Below are positions 38,689 through 48,019 of a DNA stretch of 64,000 nt, piece by piece. Origin of the DNA: Marivita sp. (GTDB lineage: Bacteria > Pseudomonadota > Alphaproteobacteria > Rhodobacterales > Rhodobacteraceae); the NCBI RefSeq assembly GCF_022763305.1, contig NZ_JALEGT010000093.1, positions 461-64,460 of the forward strand, given 5' to 3'. Positions within the stretch are counted from its first letter, which is position 1; each line of letters begins with the position of its first letter. The notes under the pieces were generated by a model, which saw only the letters and a program-made list of their open reading frames with translations, had not been told where the DNA came from and made no database searches. Made by a program: the position numbers and the translations under genes.

Positions 38689-40038
38689 CTATTTCTTCCC
38701 CGGCGTGCCGTCGAACTTTTTCTCCAGGCTGTCCCAGCAATCGATGTAATCGTCCTGCAAGGGCGCCTCTTTTCCAGCAAATTCAGTAAGATGCTGCGGA
38801 AACCTCGTCTCGAACATGAAGGACATGGTGCGGTCGAGCTTGTCAGGGCCAAGGTTGGCATTCGACGCTTTTTCGAATGCCTCCCGATCCGGACCGTGGG
38901 GGAGCATCATGTTGTGCAGGCTCATGCCGCCGGGGACAAAGCCCTGCGGTTTGGCGTCGTACTGGCCGTAGATGTTGCCCATGAGCTCGGACATGATGTT
39001 CTTATGATACCACGGCGGGCGGAAGGTGTTCTCCGCCACCATCCAACGTTCACGGAAGAGAACGAAGTCGATATTCGCGGTTCCGGGAACCACGGAGGGT
39101 GCCGTCAGAACAGTGAAGATTGACGGGTCGGGATGGTCGAAGAGGATCGCGCCGACCGGACAATAGTTCCGTAAATCATACTTGTAGGGCGCGTAGTTGC
39201 CATGCCACGCCACCACGTCGAGCGGGCTTTGGCCGATTTTTGTCTCGTGGAACTGCCCGCACCATTTGACGGTCAGGGTCGACGGAACCTCGCGGTCCTC
39301 GAAGGCTGCGACCGGTGCTTTGAAATCGCGCGGGTTGGCGAGACAGTTCGCCCCGATGGGGCCACGCCCCGGAAGTTCGAATTTCTGGCCGTAGTTTTCG
39401 CAGACGAAACCCCGGCACGGACCGTCGAGAACCTCGACCCGGTAAACCAGCCCGCGCGGGATGATCGCGATCTCCTTGGGTTCGATGTCGATGATGCCAA
39501 GCTCGGTCGCAAAGCGCAGGCGTCCTTCCTGAGGAACGACAAGCAACTCGCTGTCCGCACTGAAGAAATAGGCGTCCTTCATGCTTTCGGTGACAAGGTA
39601 GATGTGGCTTGCCATGCCGACCTGCGTGTTCACATCCCCGGCCGTGGTCATGGTGCGCATGCCCGTCAGCCAGGTGAGCGGCGCATCGCTGTGCGGCACC
39701 GGATCCCAACGGTATTGGCCGAGGGAGGTCACGTCCTCAACCACATTGGGCGCGCTTTTCCAGTATGGCAGGTCAACCCGCGTATACCGCGCCGAGTGCT
39801 TGACGGAGGGGCGGATGCGGTAGGACCAAGTGCGTTCGGGCGGGTTGGCGGTGAAGGCGGTGCCGGAAAGCTGTTCACCATAAAGGCCGTAGTTGCACTT
39901 CTGTGGGCTGTTCATGCCGCGCGGCAGGGCGTCGGGCAGCGCTTCGGTCTCGAAGTCGTTGGCCCAGCCGGGCATGTATCCCGGCTCGGTCAGGGTGCCT
40001 TTGGCCTGAATGAGGCCGGATGTGTGCGGAGCATTCAT
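38689..40038 (-). CDS. hmgA: Homogentisate 1,2-dioxygenase
   Basis: [74 protein letters not shown]. Confidence 0.97.
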   Translation of the reverse strand: MNAPHTSGLIQAKGTLTEPGYMPGWANDFETEALPDALPRGMNSPQKCNYGLYGEQLSGTAFTANPPERTWSYRIRPSVKHSARYTRVDLPYWKSAPNVVEDVTSLGQYRWDPVPHSDAPLTWLTGMRTMTTAGDVNTQVGMASHIYLVTESMKDAYFFSADSELLVVPQEGRLRFATELGIIDIEPKEIAIIPRGLVYRVEVLDGPCRGFVCENYGQKFELPGRGPIGANCLANPRDFKAPVAAFEDREVPSTLTVKWCGQFHETKIGQSPLDVVAWHGNYAPYKYDLRNYCPVGAILFDHPDPSIFTVLTAPSVVPGTANIDFVLFRERWMVAENTFRPPWYHKNIMSELMGNIYGQYDAKPQGFVPGGMSLHNMMLPHGPDREAFEKASNANLGPDKLDRTMSFMFETRFPQHLTEFAGKEAPLQDDYIDCWDSLEKKFDGTPGKK

Positions 40039-40232
40039 GACTTGTCTCCTTTCGATGCAGCGGCCAGCGCTTCGGTCAGCACCGCGCGGTCGCCGATATG
40101 GTTGGCGAGGATCAGGATCAGACGGGCATTCAGCGCGATACTGTCATCGTCGCTCAGCCCCTCATGGGTGGCCAGCAATTCGGCGTAGAAGCCATCGGGA
40201 TCAGGGACGTTGGGAGCGGTGTTCAAAGCCAT
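40035..40232 (-). CDS. Small DUF2783-like protein
   Basis: [21 protein letters not shown]....[16 protein letters not shown]; tightly packed between the monooxygenase and hmgA. Confidence 0.82.
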   Translation of the reverse strand: MALNTAPNVPDPDGFYAELLATHEGLSDDDSIALNARLILILANHIGDRAVLTEALAAASKGDKS

Positions 40233-40236
40233 CGCG

Positions 40237-41850
40237 TCAGTCCTTTCCTATGGCGCGGCGCAGGGCGGCGCGGACAATCGCTTCGTCATAGGCAGGCCAG
40301 CGGGCCGCGACGTGTTGGTCGGGGCGGATCAGGTAGACGGCAGCGGGCGCATCGCCCAGATACCGGTCTTTGATCTCCCCCTCGGCAGGCACGGACAGAC
40401 AACGGACGGTCAGCCCTTCGACCTCCAGCGTGTCGGGCACATCACCCCCGATGCCGAGCAGTACAAAGTGTCCGCCAAGGTGATCCAACAGAAACCCCTG
40501 CCCCAATGGCGCATCCGGGCATGGGGCACCGGGGCGCGTGCGGGCCGGGCCATCCGTCAGCGCATCGGCTGTGTTCAGCGGCAAGCCGTCATAGACACAA
40601 GGCACCGACAACCGACCGGAATTGACCAACGGGCGGGCAAAGGCGTGATGTTCGGCAAGATCAAGCACCGCGTTGCGGAACACATGGCTGATCTTCGACT
40701 TCGGCGTGATGAAATCGGTCGAGCGCGAGGAGTTGAGGATGTTCTCGTCCGCCCCGTATCGACGTTCAAGATCGTAGCTGTCCAGCAGGCTCTCGGGCGC
40801 TTTTTCGTTCAGAACAAGCCCAAGCTTCCACCCCAGATTGTCCACATCCTGAATGCCGGAATTGGCGCCGCGCGCACCGAAAGGCGAGACCTGATGCGCG
40901 GCATCCCCGGCAAAGATCACCCGACCGTGGCGGAACTTTTTCATCCGGCGGCACTGGAAGGTGTAGATCGAGGTCCAGACCAGCTCATACTCCACATCAG
41001 GCCCAAGCATCGCATCCAGACGGCGGCGGATGTTTTCTTCCTTCAGTTCTTCCTTCCGGTCGATATCCCAGCCCAGTTGGAAGTCGATCCGCCAGACACC
41101 ATCGGGCTGCTTGTGCAGAAGCGCAGAGTCGCCCGATTTGAAATGCGGCTCGAACCAGAACCAGCGTTCGGTCGGGAAATCCGCTTTCATCGTGATGTCG
41201 GCGATCAGGAAATTGTCCTCGAACACCCGGCCCTCGAAATCGAGCCCCATCATCTTGCGGAGTGGGCTGGAGGCACCGTCACAGCCGATCAGCCAGTCCG
41301 CTTCGATCCGATACGGGCCATCCGGCGTGGTGATGTCGAGGATGACGTGATCGTCCTGCACCTCCACCGCATCCACTCGGTTCTTGCCGCGCAGGTCAAT
41401 CGGCGCGCCCGCCGCCTGTGCCTCGCGGACGCGTTCGACAAGGAAGCGTTCGAAATAGGGCTGTTGCAGGTTGATGAAGGCGGGGAAGCGGTGGCCCTCT
41501 TCGGGGAGCAGGTTGAACTCGTAAACCTGCCGGTCGTCATGGAACACCTTGCCAAGGTTCCAGACCACCCCCTTGTCCAGCATCGGTTGCGCGCACCCGT
41601 ACCGATGGGCGATCTCAAGCGTCCGTTTCGCAAAGCAGATGGCGCGGGACCCCTGCCCGACGCCCTCGTGATCATCGAGCAGGACCACCGGAATGCCTTG
41701 CAAGCCCAGGTCCAATGCCGTGGCCACACCAATTGGCCCGCCCCCCAGCACGACCACCGGATGGCGCACGGGGGCTGCCGCATCCTGATCGGTGCTGCGC
41801 GCGTAGGGGTACAGCTTGAACGCCAGCTGATAACGGTCATCGAGCGGCAT
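40237..41850 (-). CDS. FAD-dependent aromatic monooxygenase (MhpA/MhaA-like)
   Basis: GGGPIG, GSRAICFAKRTLE, GCDGA, AGDAAHQVSPFGARGANSGIQD, YLIRPDQHV. Confidence 0.88.
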   Translation of the reverse strand: MPLDDRYQLAFKLYPYARSTDQDAAAPVRHPVVVLGGGPIGVATALDLGLQGIPVVLLDDHEGVGQGSRAICFAKRTLEIAHRYGCAQPMLDKGVVWNLGKVFHDDRQVYEFNLLPEEGHRFPAFINLQQPYFERFLVERVREAQAAGAPIDLRGKNRVDAVEVQDDHVILDITTPDGPYRIEADWLIGCDGASSPLRKMMGLDFEGRVFEDNFLIADITMKADFPTERWFWFEPHFKSGDSALLHKQPDGVWRIDFQLGWDIDRKEELKEENIRRRLDAMLGPDVEYELVWTSIYTFQCRRMKKFRHGRVIFAGDAAHQVSPFGARGANSGIQDVDNLGWKLGLVLNEKAPESLLDSYDLERRYGADENILNSSRSTDFITPKSKISHVFRNAVLDLAEHHAFARPLVNSGRLSVPCVYDGLPLNTADALTDGPARTRPGAPCPDAPLGQGFLLDHLGGHFVLLGIGGDVPDTLEVEGLTVRCLSVPAEGEIKDRYLGDAPAAVYLIRPDQHVAARWPAYDEAIVRAALRRAIGKD

Positions 41851-41878
41851 GATGGGTCTCCTCCCCCCTCAGTCAGCC

Positions 41879-42823
41879 TTAGCCTTGCAATTGTTCCCAC
41901 ATCTCGAGGTCACGTTCCGCCGTCCAGACGCGCGGATGCACAATCCCGCGCGCCTCGTCATAGGCGCGGGCGACGTTGAACGGCAGGCAGTGTTCGTAGA
42001 TCGCGTAATCCTTGAACTTGGGATCGCAGGCATCCCGTACCGCATCCCACGCATCCTTGAGGCTTCCGCCCTTCGCGGCAATCGGTTTGACCGCGTTATA
42101 GGTGCTGTCCACAAAGTCCCGCGTGTTCGCGAGGGCGGCATCCACCATATCGCGCCCCACAAGAGCGTCACCGCGACCGGGCGCGATGCTCTGCGGATCA
42201 TAGGCTTTGACCGCATCCAGTGTCGCGCCCCACTCCTCGAAATGGCCGTCGCCACAATAGCAGGCCGAGTGGTACTCCACGATGTCCCCCGTGAACATGG
42301 TCTGACTGTCAGGCACGCAGATCACGCTGTCCCCGGCGGTATGCGCGCGCCCGATCTGTTTGATCTCGACCTTCCGCTTGCCCAGATAGACCGTCATGCT
42401 GTCGCTGAAGGTGGTGGTGGGCCATGTCAGGCCGGGGATGCTTTCGTGGCCTTCGAAAAGGCGCGGAAAGCGCTGGAATTCGCTGTCCCAGTCTTCTTGC
42501 CCGCGTTCGACCACCATGCCGCGCGCGGCGTCGGACATGATGATCTGGTCGGCGTTGAAGGCGCTCGCCCCGAGCACCCGCACCGCGTGGTAATGGGTCA
42601 GCACCACGTGGGAAATCGGCTTGTCGGTCACGCTGCGCACACAGTCGATGACCTTCTGCGCCAGACGGGGTGTGGCCTGCGCCTCGACGATCATCACACT
42701 GTCATCGCCGATGATCACGCCGGAATTCGGGTCTCCCTCGGCGGTGAAGGCATAGAGGCCATCACCAATCTCGGTGAAGGAAATCTGCTTTTCTGCGGTG
42801 TCACCCTGCGATGCAAAGGCCAT
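41879..42823 (-). CDS. MBL-fold metallo-hydrolase
   Basis: EGDPNSG, LTHYHAVRVLG, RAHTAGD, TGDIVE, PGRG. Confidence 0.85.
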   Translation of the reverse strand: MAFASQGDTAEKQISFTEIGDGLYAFTAEGDPNSGVIIGDDSVMIVEAQATPRLAQKVIDCVRSVTDKPISHVVLTHYHAVRVLGASAFNADQIIMSDAARGMVVERGQEDWDSEFQRFPRLFEGHESIPGLTWPTTTFSDSMTVYLGKRKVEIKQIGRAHTAGDSVICVPDSQTMFTGDIVEYHSACYCGDGHFEEWGATLDAVKAYDPQSIAPGRGDALVGRDMVDAALANTRDFVDSTYNAVKPIAAKGGSLKDAWDAVRDACDPKFKDYAIYEHCLPFNVARAYDEARGIVHPRVWTAERDLEMWEQLQG

Positions 42824-42875
42824 TGTTGCATGTCTCTCCCTGATTGGTTTGGTGCAGTCTCCTGCGCGACCTTGG

Positions 42876-42920
42876 TCGTTGCAAAAGCAACAAAAGTCAA
42901 TATCATTTCATTTGCAACGA
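42876..42920. promoter_or_regulatory. Probable MarR operators between the MBL gene and the divergent MarR gene
   Basis: GTTGC-AAAA-GCAAC (42878-42891) and ATTTC-ATTT-GCAAC (42905-42918); outer arms TCGTTGCAAA / TTTGCAACGA are a perfect inverted pair. Confidence 0.6.
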
Positions 42921-42933
42921 GTTTGGAACCGCC

Positions 42934-43443
42934 ATGACGCCCGACACCTTTCACCTGTCGTCTTTCCTGCCCTACCGCCTTGCCGTGCTGTCCGAACGGG
43001 TCAGTCGGCGGCTGTCGGTGGAATACGGGCGGACGCACGGTCTGGTCGTCGCGGAATGGCGTGTGCTGGTGCATCTGCTGCGGTGCGGGGCTGTGTCGGT
43101 CCGGGACATCCACAATTGCGTCAATCTGGAAAAACCGCGCGTCAGCCGGGCCGTGTCACGGCTCGAAGCGGAGGGGCTGGTGCAGAAAACGCAAGGTGAA
43201 GGCGATGGGCGACTGGTCGCCATCTCGCTGACCGAAGCGGGACGCGACGTGCTGACGGACATCATCCCTGCTGCTACGCGGATCGAACGCAGCATGATGG
43301 AGGCCGTCAGCCCGGACGATCTGGCAACGTTCTTCCGCGTGATGGAGCGGATGCACGCGGTGCTGGACGATGATCCCGAGGCCAAACCGCGCACGGAGAT
43401 GGACCGACGCCCCGGGATCACCGCGTTGGCGCAACAGGGCTAG
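42934..43443 (+). CDS. MarR family regulator
   Basis: FLPYRLAVLSERVS, EWRVL, EKPRVSRAV, DGRLVAISLT..G. Start ATG 42934. Confidence 0.9.
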   Translation: MTPDTFHLSSFLPYRLAVLSERVSRRLSVEYGRTHGLVVAEWRVLVHLLRCGAVSVRDIHNCVNLEKPRVSRAVSRLEAEGLVQKTQGEGDGRLVAISLTEAGRDVLTDIIPAATRIERSMMEAVSPDDLATFFRVMERMHAVLDDDPEAKPRTEMDRRPGITALAQQG

Positions 43444-43637
43444 GTTTTTGCAATGCGCGCCTTCGGGCGCCTGGCCCTTCGCGACCCGGGTCCGCCTCGC
43501 CATGCGAGGATCAGGGCCGAAACGATCGCGGCGACGCCGCCCAGCAAGGGCAGCGTAGAGGCGATCATGACCACCTCGTGATGGGCCGCTGCCGGGGTGG
43601 CGACAAGCGCCAGCAAGACCGCAAGCGCTCTCCTCAT
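43440..43637 (-). CDS. Small predicted exported/membrane protein
   Basis: MRRALAVLLALVATPAAA|HHEV signal-like segment, one more hydrophobic helix, basic tail; ATGA overlap with the upstream gene. Confidence 0.55.
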   Translation of the reverse strand: MRRALAVLLALVATPAAAHHEVVMIASTLPLLGGVAAIVSALILAWRGGPGSRRARRPKARIAKT

Positions 43638-44062
43638 GTCACATCCCGCGCGGCGGGGTGGAGTTTGAGGAAGGCGCGCAGGTCGGTCACCTGTTTGGCG
43701 CGCAATGAGACATAGACAAAGCCCATATTCGTCCGCTCCGTCACCATGTCGCCGGGATACGGCAGATAGGACAGTTCCTGTGATCCGAAGGAGGGCGAGG
43801 CCGTGCCGACCTGCCATTCCGTGGTCAGTTGCACATCCACCAGTTTCATCGAGGGTCCGCCATCGGGGGCCGCGATTTCCAAAGGCACACCCGCCAGCCG
43901 AAGGTAAGACATCTTGTCCTTTGCCGCGACAAACCCGTCGATGAACTGCGCGGTGAGCACCTGCAGCTCTTCCGCCTTGTCGGCGTCAGGCATATGGCTG
44001 TGCAGGTGGTCGCCATGGCTGTGGTTGTGGCCGATATGGCCGTTCACGATATCATGTGGCAT
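43634..44062 (-). CDS. Hypothetical protein with His-rich N-terminus
   Basis: MPHDIVNGHIGHNHSHGDHLHSH...FIDGF..AKDKMSYLRLAGVP...ASPSFGSQELSYLPYPG; overlaps the hydrolase stop. Confidence 0.75.
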   Translation of the reverse strand: MPHDIVNGHIGHNHSHGDHLHSHMPDADKAEELQVLTAQFIDGFVAAKDKMSYLRLAGVPLEIAAPDGGPSMKLVDVQLTTEWQVGTASPSFGSQELSYLPYPGDMVTERTNMGFVYVSLRAKQVTDLRAFLKLHPAARDVT

Positions 44063-45296
44063 TGGACCACCGCTTTCCTTCGAACGCGCCATGCGGGATC
44101 GTCACGGGCTTATCGATATGGCGCTTGTGTTTGCCAAGATTGCCCGAGGCGACAAGGCTGCCCAGCACATCGACGATCACGCGGGTGCCCATGAGTGCGG
44201 TGATTTCGGACTGGTCATAGGGCGGCGCCACTTCGACCAGCTCCATGCCGCAGATGCCTTCGGCTGCGACCTTGGAGGCCAAGGCCAGTGCCTCGCGCGG
44301 CAGGAAGCCACCGGGTTCGGGCCAGCCTGTGCCGGGCACAAACCCGCAGTCGATGCTGTCGATGTCGAAGGACATGTAAACCATGTCGACCCCATCCCAC
44401 GCCATCTCGAGCGCCATCTCGGCGGTCTTGTCGACACCCATCTTTTCCATGTCACCCATGGTGATGATGTTGGTTTCGCGTTCGCGCGCGACCTTCACCG
44501 CCTCGCGGGGGACCTGCCAGCCGCCGATGCCCACCTGCACCAGGTTCTTGGCAGGCACGTTGGGCAGGTTCGTGGAATGGAACCACGGGGTTGTGTGCAT
44601 CCGCTCGTCCAGATCCTTCTCCTGAATGTCGGCGTGGCGGTCGAAATGCACGATGCCGATCTTCTTGGACGTACATTCCGCAATCCCGCGCACACAGGGA
44701 AAGCCGATGGAATGGTCGCCGCCGATCATGATCGGCAAACTGCCCGAGGAAAACACGTGGCTGACGGCGCGGCTGATCTGGTCAAAGGTCTTTTCGATAT
44801 TGGCGGGGATCGTGAACACGTCGCCCGCATCACAGAGCGTCATCTGTTCACGCAGATCGACGGCCATTTCGTAATTGTAGGGCGTGTAGAGCGCACTGAT
44901 CTTGCGCACACCCTGCGGGCCGAACCGAGTGCCTGCGCGATAGGTCGTGCCGCCGTCAAAGGGAATGCCCAGAACGGTGGCGTCATAGTCCCCCACCTCG
45001 GTCACGTCCTCGGCATAGGGGGCCTTGAGAAAGGTGTTGATCCCGGCGTAATGCGGCAGCTCCCCACGGGCGAAGGTGGGGATGGACTTGTCCTCGATGC
45101 TGTCGGCCCCGGTCAGGCCCATGCGCAGCGCCCATTTGCGCTCCTGCTCCCAGCCGCTGCCGGGGATGCCCGCCTCGTCATGCATCGCCTTCCAGCCGCG
45201 CAGCTTGGTCAGGTCGGGATGGTGATGGCGCGCCTCGGTGCGGGGGTGATCCGCAGGGTGGTGCGACCGGGTCCGGTCACGCGGGCTGTGGAACAT
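44052..45296 (-). CDS. gdmH: Guanidine hydrolase (ureohydrolase family, GdmH/Sll1077-like)
   Basis: SIPTFARGELPHYAGINTFLKAPY, GGDHS, HFDRHAD, DLDERMHT.PW, SFDIDSID, GTGWPEPGG; downstream of a guanidine-I riboswitch. Confidence 0.88.
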   Translation of the reverse strand: MFHSPRDRTRSHHPADHPRTEARHHHPDLTKLRGWKAMHDEAGIPGSGWEQERKWALRMGLTGADSIEDKSIPTFARGELPHYAGINTFLKAPYAEDVTEVGDYDATVLGIPFDGGTTYRAGTRFGPQGVRKISALYTPYNYEMAVDLREQMTLCDAGDVFTIPANIEKTFDQISRAVSHVFSSGSLPIMIGGDHSIGFPCVRGIAECTSKKIGIVHFDRHADIQEKDLDERMHTTPWFHSTNLPNVPAKNLVQVGIGGWQVPREAVKVARERETNIITMGDMEKMGVDKTAEMALEMAWDGVDMVYMSFDIDSIDCGFVPGTGWPEPGGFLPREALALASKVAAEGICGMELVEVAPPYDQSEITALMGTRVIVDVLGSLVASGNLGKHKRHIDKPVTIPHGAFEGKRWSNAT

Positions 45297-46044
45297 GGGA
45301 AGCCTCCTTCAGGGTCTGGTACGGGATGCCGCCATTGCGGGCATCGAAATCGTAGGTGATGGTCGCGCCATAGCGGGACGGGTCGTGCGGGTCCCAACGG
45401 GGCTTATCGAAGACGAGAACGCGGTCACCCAGCTTGAACGCTTCTTCGAGGTCATGGGTGACCATGAACACGGTCATGCCGGTTTCGGCGCGCAGGTCCT
45501 GCAGGAAATCATGCATGGACACGCGCGTTCCGGGATCGAGCGCGCCGAAGGGTTCATCGAGCAGAAGGACACGCGGTTTCGCGGCCAGTGCCTGAGCGAT
45601 GGCAAGGCGCTGCTGCATGCCGCCCGACAGCGTGGCCGGGTAGTTGTCGGCGACGTGATCCAGGCCGATACGCGCGAGCGTCCGGTCGGCGCGCTCGCGG
45701 GCGGCCCTTGATTTTTCTCCGAAAAATCGGCCCCACCCGCTGCGGAAGCTTTCACCAGCCACGATGTTGTCCCGCACCGTCATATGCGGAAAGACCGAAT
45801 AGCGCTGAAACACGATGCCCCGGTCCAAACCCGGTTCGCGCGCAGGCTCTGCCCCGTCGATGCGGATCTCGCCACGCGACGGACGCTCCTGAGCCAGCAG
45901 AAGCCGCAGGAAGGTGGACTTGCCACAGCCGGACGCTCCGACGATGGAGATGAACTCTCCCTCGTCCACGTCCAAATTCACGCGTTCGATGATCGGGCGG
46001 TTGTCATAGGTTTGGAACAGGTCGCGGACGGTGACAAAGCTCAT
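45277..46044 (-). CDS. ABC ATP-binding protein (putative guanidine importer)
   Basis: GASGCGKST, VFQRYSVFPH, LSGGMQQR, LLLDEPFGALD, YGATITYD. Confidence 0.9.
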   Translation of the reverse strand: MSFVTVRDLFQTYDNRPIIERVNLDVDEGEFISIVGASGCGKSTFLRLLLAQERPSRGEIRIDGAEPAREPGLDRGIVFQRYSVFPHMTVRDNIVAGESFRSGWGRFFGEKSRAARERADRTLARIGLDHVADNYPATLSGGMQQRLAIAQALAAKPRVLLLDEPFGALDPGTRVSMHDFLQDLRAETGMTVFMVTHDLEEAFKLGDRVLVFDKPRWDPHDPSRYGATITYDFDARNGGIPYQTLKEASHVPQPA

Positions 46045-46853
46045 AGCCCCTCCTCCGCCCACGGGTAGACACGGCGCGAGGCCCAGCGCAGAAGCCAGTC
46101 CATCGCGAAGGCAAGCAGGGTGATCCAGATCACGTAGGTCAGGATGACGTCCATCGCGAGATAGCGGCGCACCAGGAAAATGCGGTAGCCGAGGCCCAGA
46201 TCCGCGGCGATGGCCTCGGCCGCGATCAGGAAAAGCCATGCGGGGCCAAGCGACAGGCGCACCGCCTGTATGAGGCGCGGCATGACCTGCGGCAGCGCCA
46301 CGCGGATCGCAATGACCCAGCTTGACGCGCCCAGTGTCTGCGCCTTGACCAGAAGTTCCTGCGGAATTTCGAGCGTGCGCTGACTCAGATCGCGGATGAT
46401 GAAGGGCAAGGTGCCGACGACGATCAGCACCACCTTGGAGAGCTCACCCAGCCCGAACACGATGAAGAGGATCGGCAACAGCGCCAGTGGTGGGATCATC
46501 GACAGCACGGCCACGAATTGCGACAGCAGGTTGCGCACAAGCGGGAACAGACCAATAAGCAGGCCGAAGACCAGCCCGACGCTGGCCGAGATGGCGATGC
46601 CCAGCCACAGCCGTTGCAGGCTGGCCCATGTGTCATGCCAAAAGAGGATGCGCCCCGTGCGTCTGTCGCCTTCGGTGAGCAGGCGCATCATCGTATCGCC
46701 AATCGTTCCAGGCGCGGGCAACAGCTTGTCCGACGGGTTTTCCGTGAGCCGGATATCCGACCCCATCGCATAGGCGATCATCACCGCTGCAAAGGGCAGC
46801 AGCACGAGAAACAGCGCGAGCGCGGGGCCGGGTTTTATGTTGATCAGACGCAT
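46041..46853 (-). CDS. ABC permease (putative guanidine importer)
   Basis: NPSDKLLP, IPPLALLPILFI, KAQTLGASS, WLFLIAAEAIA, GLGYRIFLVRRYLAMD. Confidence 0.9.
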   Translation of the reverse strand: MRLINIKPGPALALFLVLLPFAAVMIAYAMGSDIRLTENPSDKLLPAPGTIGDTMMRLLTEGDRRTGRILFWHDTWASLQRLWLGIAISASVGLVFGLLIGLFPLVRNLLSQFVAVLSMIPPLALLPILFIVFGLGELSKVVLIVVGTLPFIIRDLSQRTLEIPQELLVKAQTLGASSWVIAIRVALPQVMPRLIQAVRLSLGPAWLFLIAAEAIAADLGLGYRIFLVRRYLAMDVILTYVIWITLLAFAMDWLLRWASRRVYPWAEEGL

Positions 46854-46892
46854 CGGGAAGATGCCGCCACGCGCACGCGTGACGGCGGGTCC

Positions 46893-47939
46893 TTAGAGGC
46901 TGCCGTCGGCAGCCATCTGCATGTAGGTCGTGTCGAAGCGGAACATGACGTTGTTCGCATCACCCGTGATCGAGCCGTCCGGATAGGCCACACCGACGAA
47001 ATCCGCCGAGGGTGCACCTTCACCCAGAATGCCCTTGTCGAACAGGAATTCGGCAACATTGACCATCGTCTGCGGCAGCTCTGCGCTTTCGGTGAAGGCC
47101 ACCGCGGCGGCGGGATCGTAGAACATCTCGGTCGAGGCAAGCTGGGCCTTGTATCCGGTCAGATCGGTGCCCGAGGCGTCGGCCATCGCGGTCAGGACGT
47201 CTTCGTCGCCTGCCGCCATCAGGCTCATCACCTCGTACCACGCCCCCACCAGCGCCTTGCCGAAATCCGGGTTCGCGTCGAGCGTTTCGGTGTTCACCAC
47301 CATCAGGTCGATGATTTCGCCGGGGATGTCGGAGCTGTCGAAAATGCTGTTGGCCCCCGGTGTTTCGAGGATCGAGGACACCAGCGGGTTCCATGTGACC
47401 ACCGCTTCGACATCGTCAGTGGCAAAGGCCGCGATCATGTCGGCGTCCGACGTGTTGATCACCCCACCCAAATCCGCCTCGGACAGGCCCACACTGTCGA
47501 GCCCCCGCGCCAGCAGATAGTGCGAAACCGACAGTTCCACGAGGTTCACCGGCTTGCCCGCCAGACTCGTCAGATCGCCCTCGCCCTTGAGGATCACCGC
47601 GTCATTGCCGTTGGAATAGTCACCCACGATCAACGCCGTGGTGTCGACACCGCCACCCGAGGGGATCGAAAGCGTGTCCATGTTGGTGGCGGACACACCA
47701 TCGAATTGACCGGCGGTGTATTGGTTGATCGACTCGATATAATCGTTGATCTGCACGATCTCGACATCGATGCCGTATTTTTCGGCCCATTTGTCCATGA
47801 TGCCGCTGTCTTCGAGATAGCCCCAGGGCATCCAGCCGACATAGATCGACCAGGCGACACGGAATTCGGTCTTCTCTTGCGCGACAGCGCCGGTCGCAAG
47901 GCAAAGAGCAAGGGCGGTGGTGGTTACAAGCTTTTTCAT
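46893..47939 (-). CDS. ABC substrate-binding protein (guanidine/'urea carboxylase-associated' type)
   Basis: Signal peptide; AWSIYVGWMPW, NDYIESINQYTAG, DYSNGND, LSVSHYLLAR, VVTWNP, IPGEIIDL. Confidence 0.9.
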   Translation of the reverse strand: MKKLVTTTALALCLATGAVAQEKTEFRVAWSIYVGWMPWGYLEDSGIMDKWAEKYGIDVEIVQINDYIESINQYTAGQFDGVSATNMDTLSIPSGGGVDTTALIVGDYSNGNDAVILKGEGDLTSLAGKPVNLVELSVSHYLLARGLDSVGLSEADLGGVINTSDADMIAAFATDDVEAVVTWNPLVSSILETPGANSIFDSSDIPGEIIDLMVVNTETLDANPDFGKALVGAWYEVMSLMAAGDEDVLTAMADASGTDLTGYKAQLASTEMFYDPAAAVAFTESAELPQTMVNVAEFLFDKGILGEGAPSADFVGVAYPDGSITGDANNVMFRFDTTYMQMAADGSL

Positions 47940-48019
47940 CTTCGGTCCCCATCAGGTTTTCACAATGGAATGACCGCGTGGAGGGCATCATCGGAGCGCG
48001 GGTCAAACCAGCGCAGTAG

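Noticed and set aside
40210..41979. 589-aa plus-strand ORF
   Set aside because: Antisense shadow of the FAD monooxygenase.
44052..45296. Agmatinase (speB) call
   Set aside because: Motifs (ELPHYAG, HFDRH, GTGWPEPGG) and the guanidine-I riboswitch fit guanidine hydrolase better.
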